Below the pieces are notes generated by a model. That model ran no database searches and was not told the DNA's origin. It saw nothing but the letters and a program-made list of their open reading frames with translations. A stretch of DNA of 62,833 nt, the filler included, from Hausera hauseri (taxonomy: Eukaryota), in the NCBI GenBank assembly GCA_046269625.1. It is 10 parts of 10 records of this genome, joined end to end, with 100 filler letters (N's around TTAATTAATTAA, not from the genome) between each part and the next. Parts side by side here need not be neighbours in the genome. Positions count along the whole stretch, not along the records: positions 58,813 to 62,833 come from JBJURY010814421.1; 9 more parts are not named here. One strand, 5' to 3'. The translations under genes were made by a program, and so were the position numbers. Below are positions 61,080 through 62,833 of this stretch, piece by piece. Numbering within the stretch: position 1 is the first letter of the stretch; each line of letters starts with the position of its first letter.

Positions 61080-62833
61080 TAGTCTCTTTTCCAGGGGCAA
61101 TTATGTGCTGCTGTTGTGAGTGAAGGATGTACTTTACGTGACTTTAGGGAAGGCAAACACAATAACCGCCACAGTTCTGGCACTTAAAAGGGTTCGAGAC
61201 CTGCCTGAGCCGCGCTAACTGACTCCGAGATGCACATATGGTCTCAGACACCATCTTTAAATTCCAAGGTTGCTCTTATAGGCCTGCTGGACGCCCTTGA
61301 CTGGAGCCAGACGCAGATCTAGAGAGGGCCATTGGGCCAACAATGTCATTGTTATGGCCTTTGTCATCTCAATTAGCGGGAGGGTGCTAAAACACAGAGC
61401 TCTAAATGGTGGCATCAGTGTTAACCTGGGACACAACACATTGCCCATAAACTCCAGCACTTATGCCGAGTGCTGACCACACTGTTTGTCTCTCATTACC
61501 TCCAGGCTGGAAAACAGGACCCAGAGGTTACTCTAATGACCCTCTCTTTCACCAAGACACAGCAGCTACTCTGCTGTTGTCTAATGGAAGTAAGAAGTGA
61601 AACTTTTGTGTCATTTTCCTGGTAACTCAGCTAGATCTGTCATTTTAGCTGGGTGGTCTTGTATGCATCTACGCAGACAAAACATTGATCATTAAAAGTG
61701 TGTTTCGGCTGTGAGAAACAGTGACTAATTAAATTAGAAGCATTTTAAGGTCAATCTAGTTCTTTAATTAGTTGTCCTTTTTGATCATTCTCAGGACGAG
61801 TGCTCCTCAAACTCTGTCCCTGATAATTGGTCCTTTTTACTGGTTCGCTGTCTCGTGCTTTAATGTTTCCAGCATTTTCGGCACAGGCAGAGCACATAAT
61901 GCTGTGCATGTTTAACAGTCATTTCCATAAGTAAGTGCAATTTCTGTACAGTTTGTTCCTGTGTAATGAAGTGAACTCTTGTTTGTATTCCCCCTATTTC
62001 ACAAGGAAACCCACTCAAGCAGCTACAAGGGAATTAAAGCAGCTAAAAATTAAAAAGCGACACTATCTTTAACTGAATGTCACACTATTAGGAAATAAAA
62101 TCAATTATTTGCATACTAAGTAGTTCTGTTTTTATTTCATATTTTGCACACTTCTGGTTTAAAATGTATGCAATCATTGATTTACTTCCTTTTCTAGCTT
62201 TTTACTACTAGCTTTTCATGCAAACCATTCAGGCACTTCATCCTCTGTCGTCCACTACTACTATTTCCTGATATTTTGCCTCTTGTGACTAAGTTCTCCA
62301 GACCTTCTCTTCATAACACATGGCCAGTCATACTTTCTTGTCTCCTTCTGACCTTACTGATACGTGTTCTTTCTGAATCTGCTTCGCGTAAAAATATTTT
62401 CATTTGTTTGCTGCCCATTAAATGGATGTTTGACCTTTCTGAAACACATAGATAAGACATCATATTCAGTTGAAGAAAGCTGTTATTGATATCATGACTC
62501 ACGGGAGTTCAAGGTGCTGTAACTGTACTCAGTGGAACATTGCTGGTCCTGCTAATGTCTTATATTCAGCAAAGACCCATCCCATCATCGTGACTTCTGG
62601 GCAATAAAGGGAACCCTACCGGCTAATGAGCGGAGGACTGATCGGGCTACATGTGTATGTTACATTGCACTTCCCCCCTGGGGGACCTCGGTCCATCTCA
62701 ACAGGAAAGTTCACTACCCCATGCAGAACACAAACAACGTAATGAAAATGTATATATCAAATAGAGTTATTCCGCAATTAAAGGGAGATGATTACCTCCC
62801 TTACCCGCTGTTACGTTGATGTTGAATTCCACG
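61080..62833. other. Vertebrate (teleost-like) non-coding DNA
   Basis: Composition shift away from the LRR exon, few CpG, no credible ORF. Confidence 0.5.

Noticed and set aside
1-62833. Prokaryotic operons, CRISPR-Cas or phage-defence systems
   Set aside because: No bacterial-style gene density or repeat-spacer arrays; spliceosomal introns and eukaryotic transposons occur throughout.

Overview
This is eukaryotic DNA and not one continuous locus. Ten separate contigs (1-12080, 12181-16358, 16459-20412, 20513-31632, 31733-36239, 36340-40926, 41027-47377, 47478-54463, 54564-58712, 58813-62833) are joined by an artificial 100-bp spacer (N44-TTAATTAATTAA-N44), so adjacency across spacers means nothing. 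Most of the sequence looks like an AT-rich, repeat-rich invertebrate genome with very short introns (37-64 nt), strongly diverged proteins and cilia/flagella genes. It is mixed with teleost-like segments (about 1-1210, 52300-54463, 58813-59500, 61080-62833), which suggests a fish-associated invertebrate such as a parasite plus host DNA; this is inference. Content: (i) decayed Polinton/Maverick (adintovirus-like) genes on three contigs (pPolB, integrase, packaging ATPase, major capsid, protease, small core protein, dUTPase, DEDD nuclease) plus AGTAGT-type termini on two others; (ii) several Ty3/Gypsy remnants; (iii) Tc1, pogo, piggyBac and hAT remnants and MITEs; (iv) intronless, scrambled fragments of host genes (ADAD-like, TBCCD1, DNAH2, TTLL3/8, kinesin-6, MYCBP2, MATH); (v) a few intact-looking genes (AGAP-like, TLR-like LRR exon, a teleost secreted protein). 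The most interesting signal is two different LTR retroelement 3' ends, on different contigs, that carry homologous REXO4/ISG20-like DEDDh exonuclease-fold domains with degenerate catalytic motifs in the env position; one is fused to a C3HC4 RING finger. A chuvirus-type glycoprotein fragment also lies next to Gypsy pol remnants. All family assignments come from motif recognition by eye; no searches were run.
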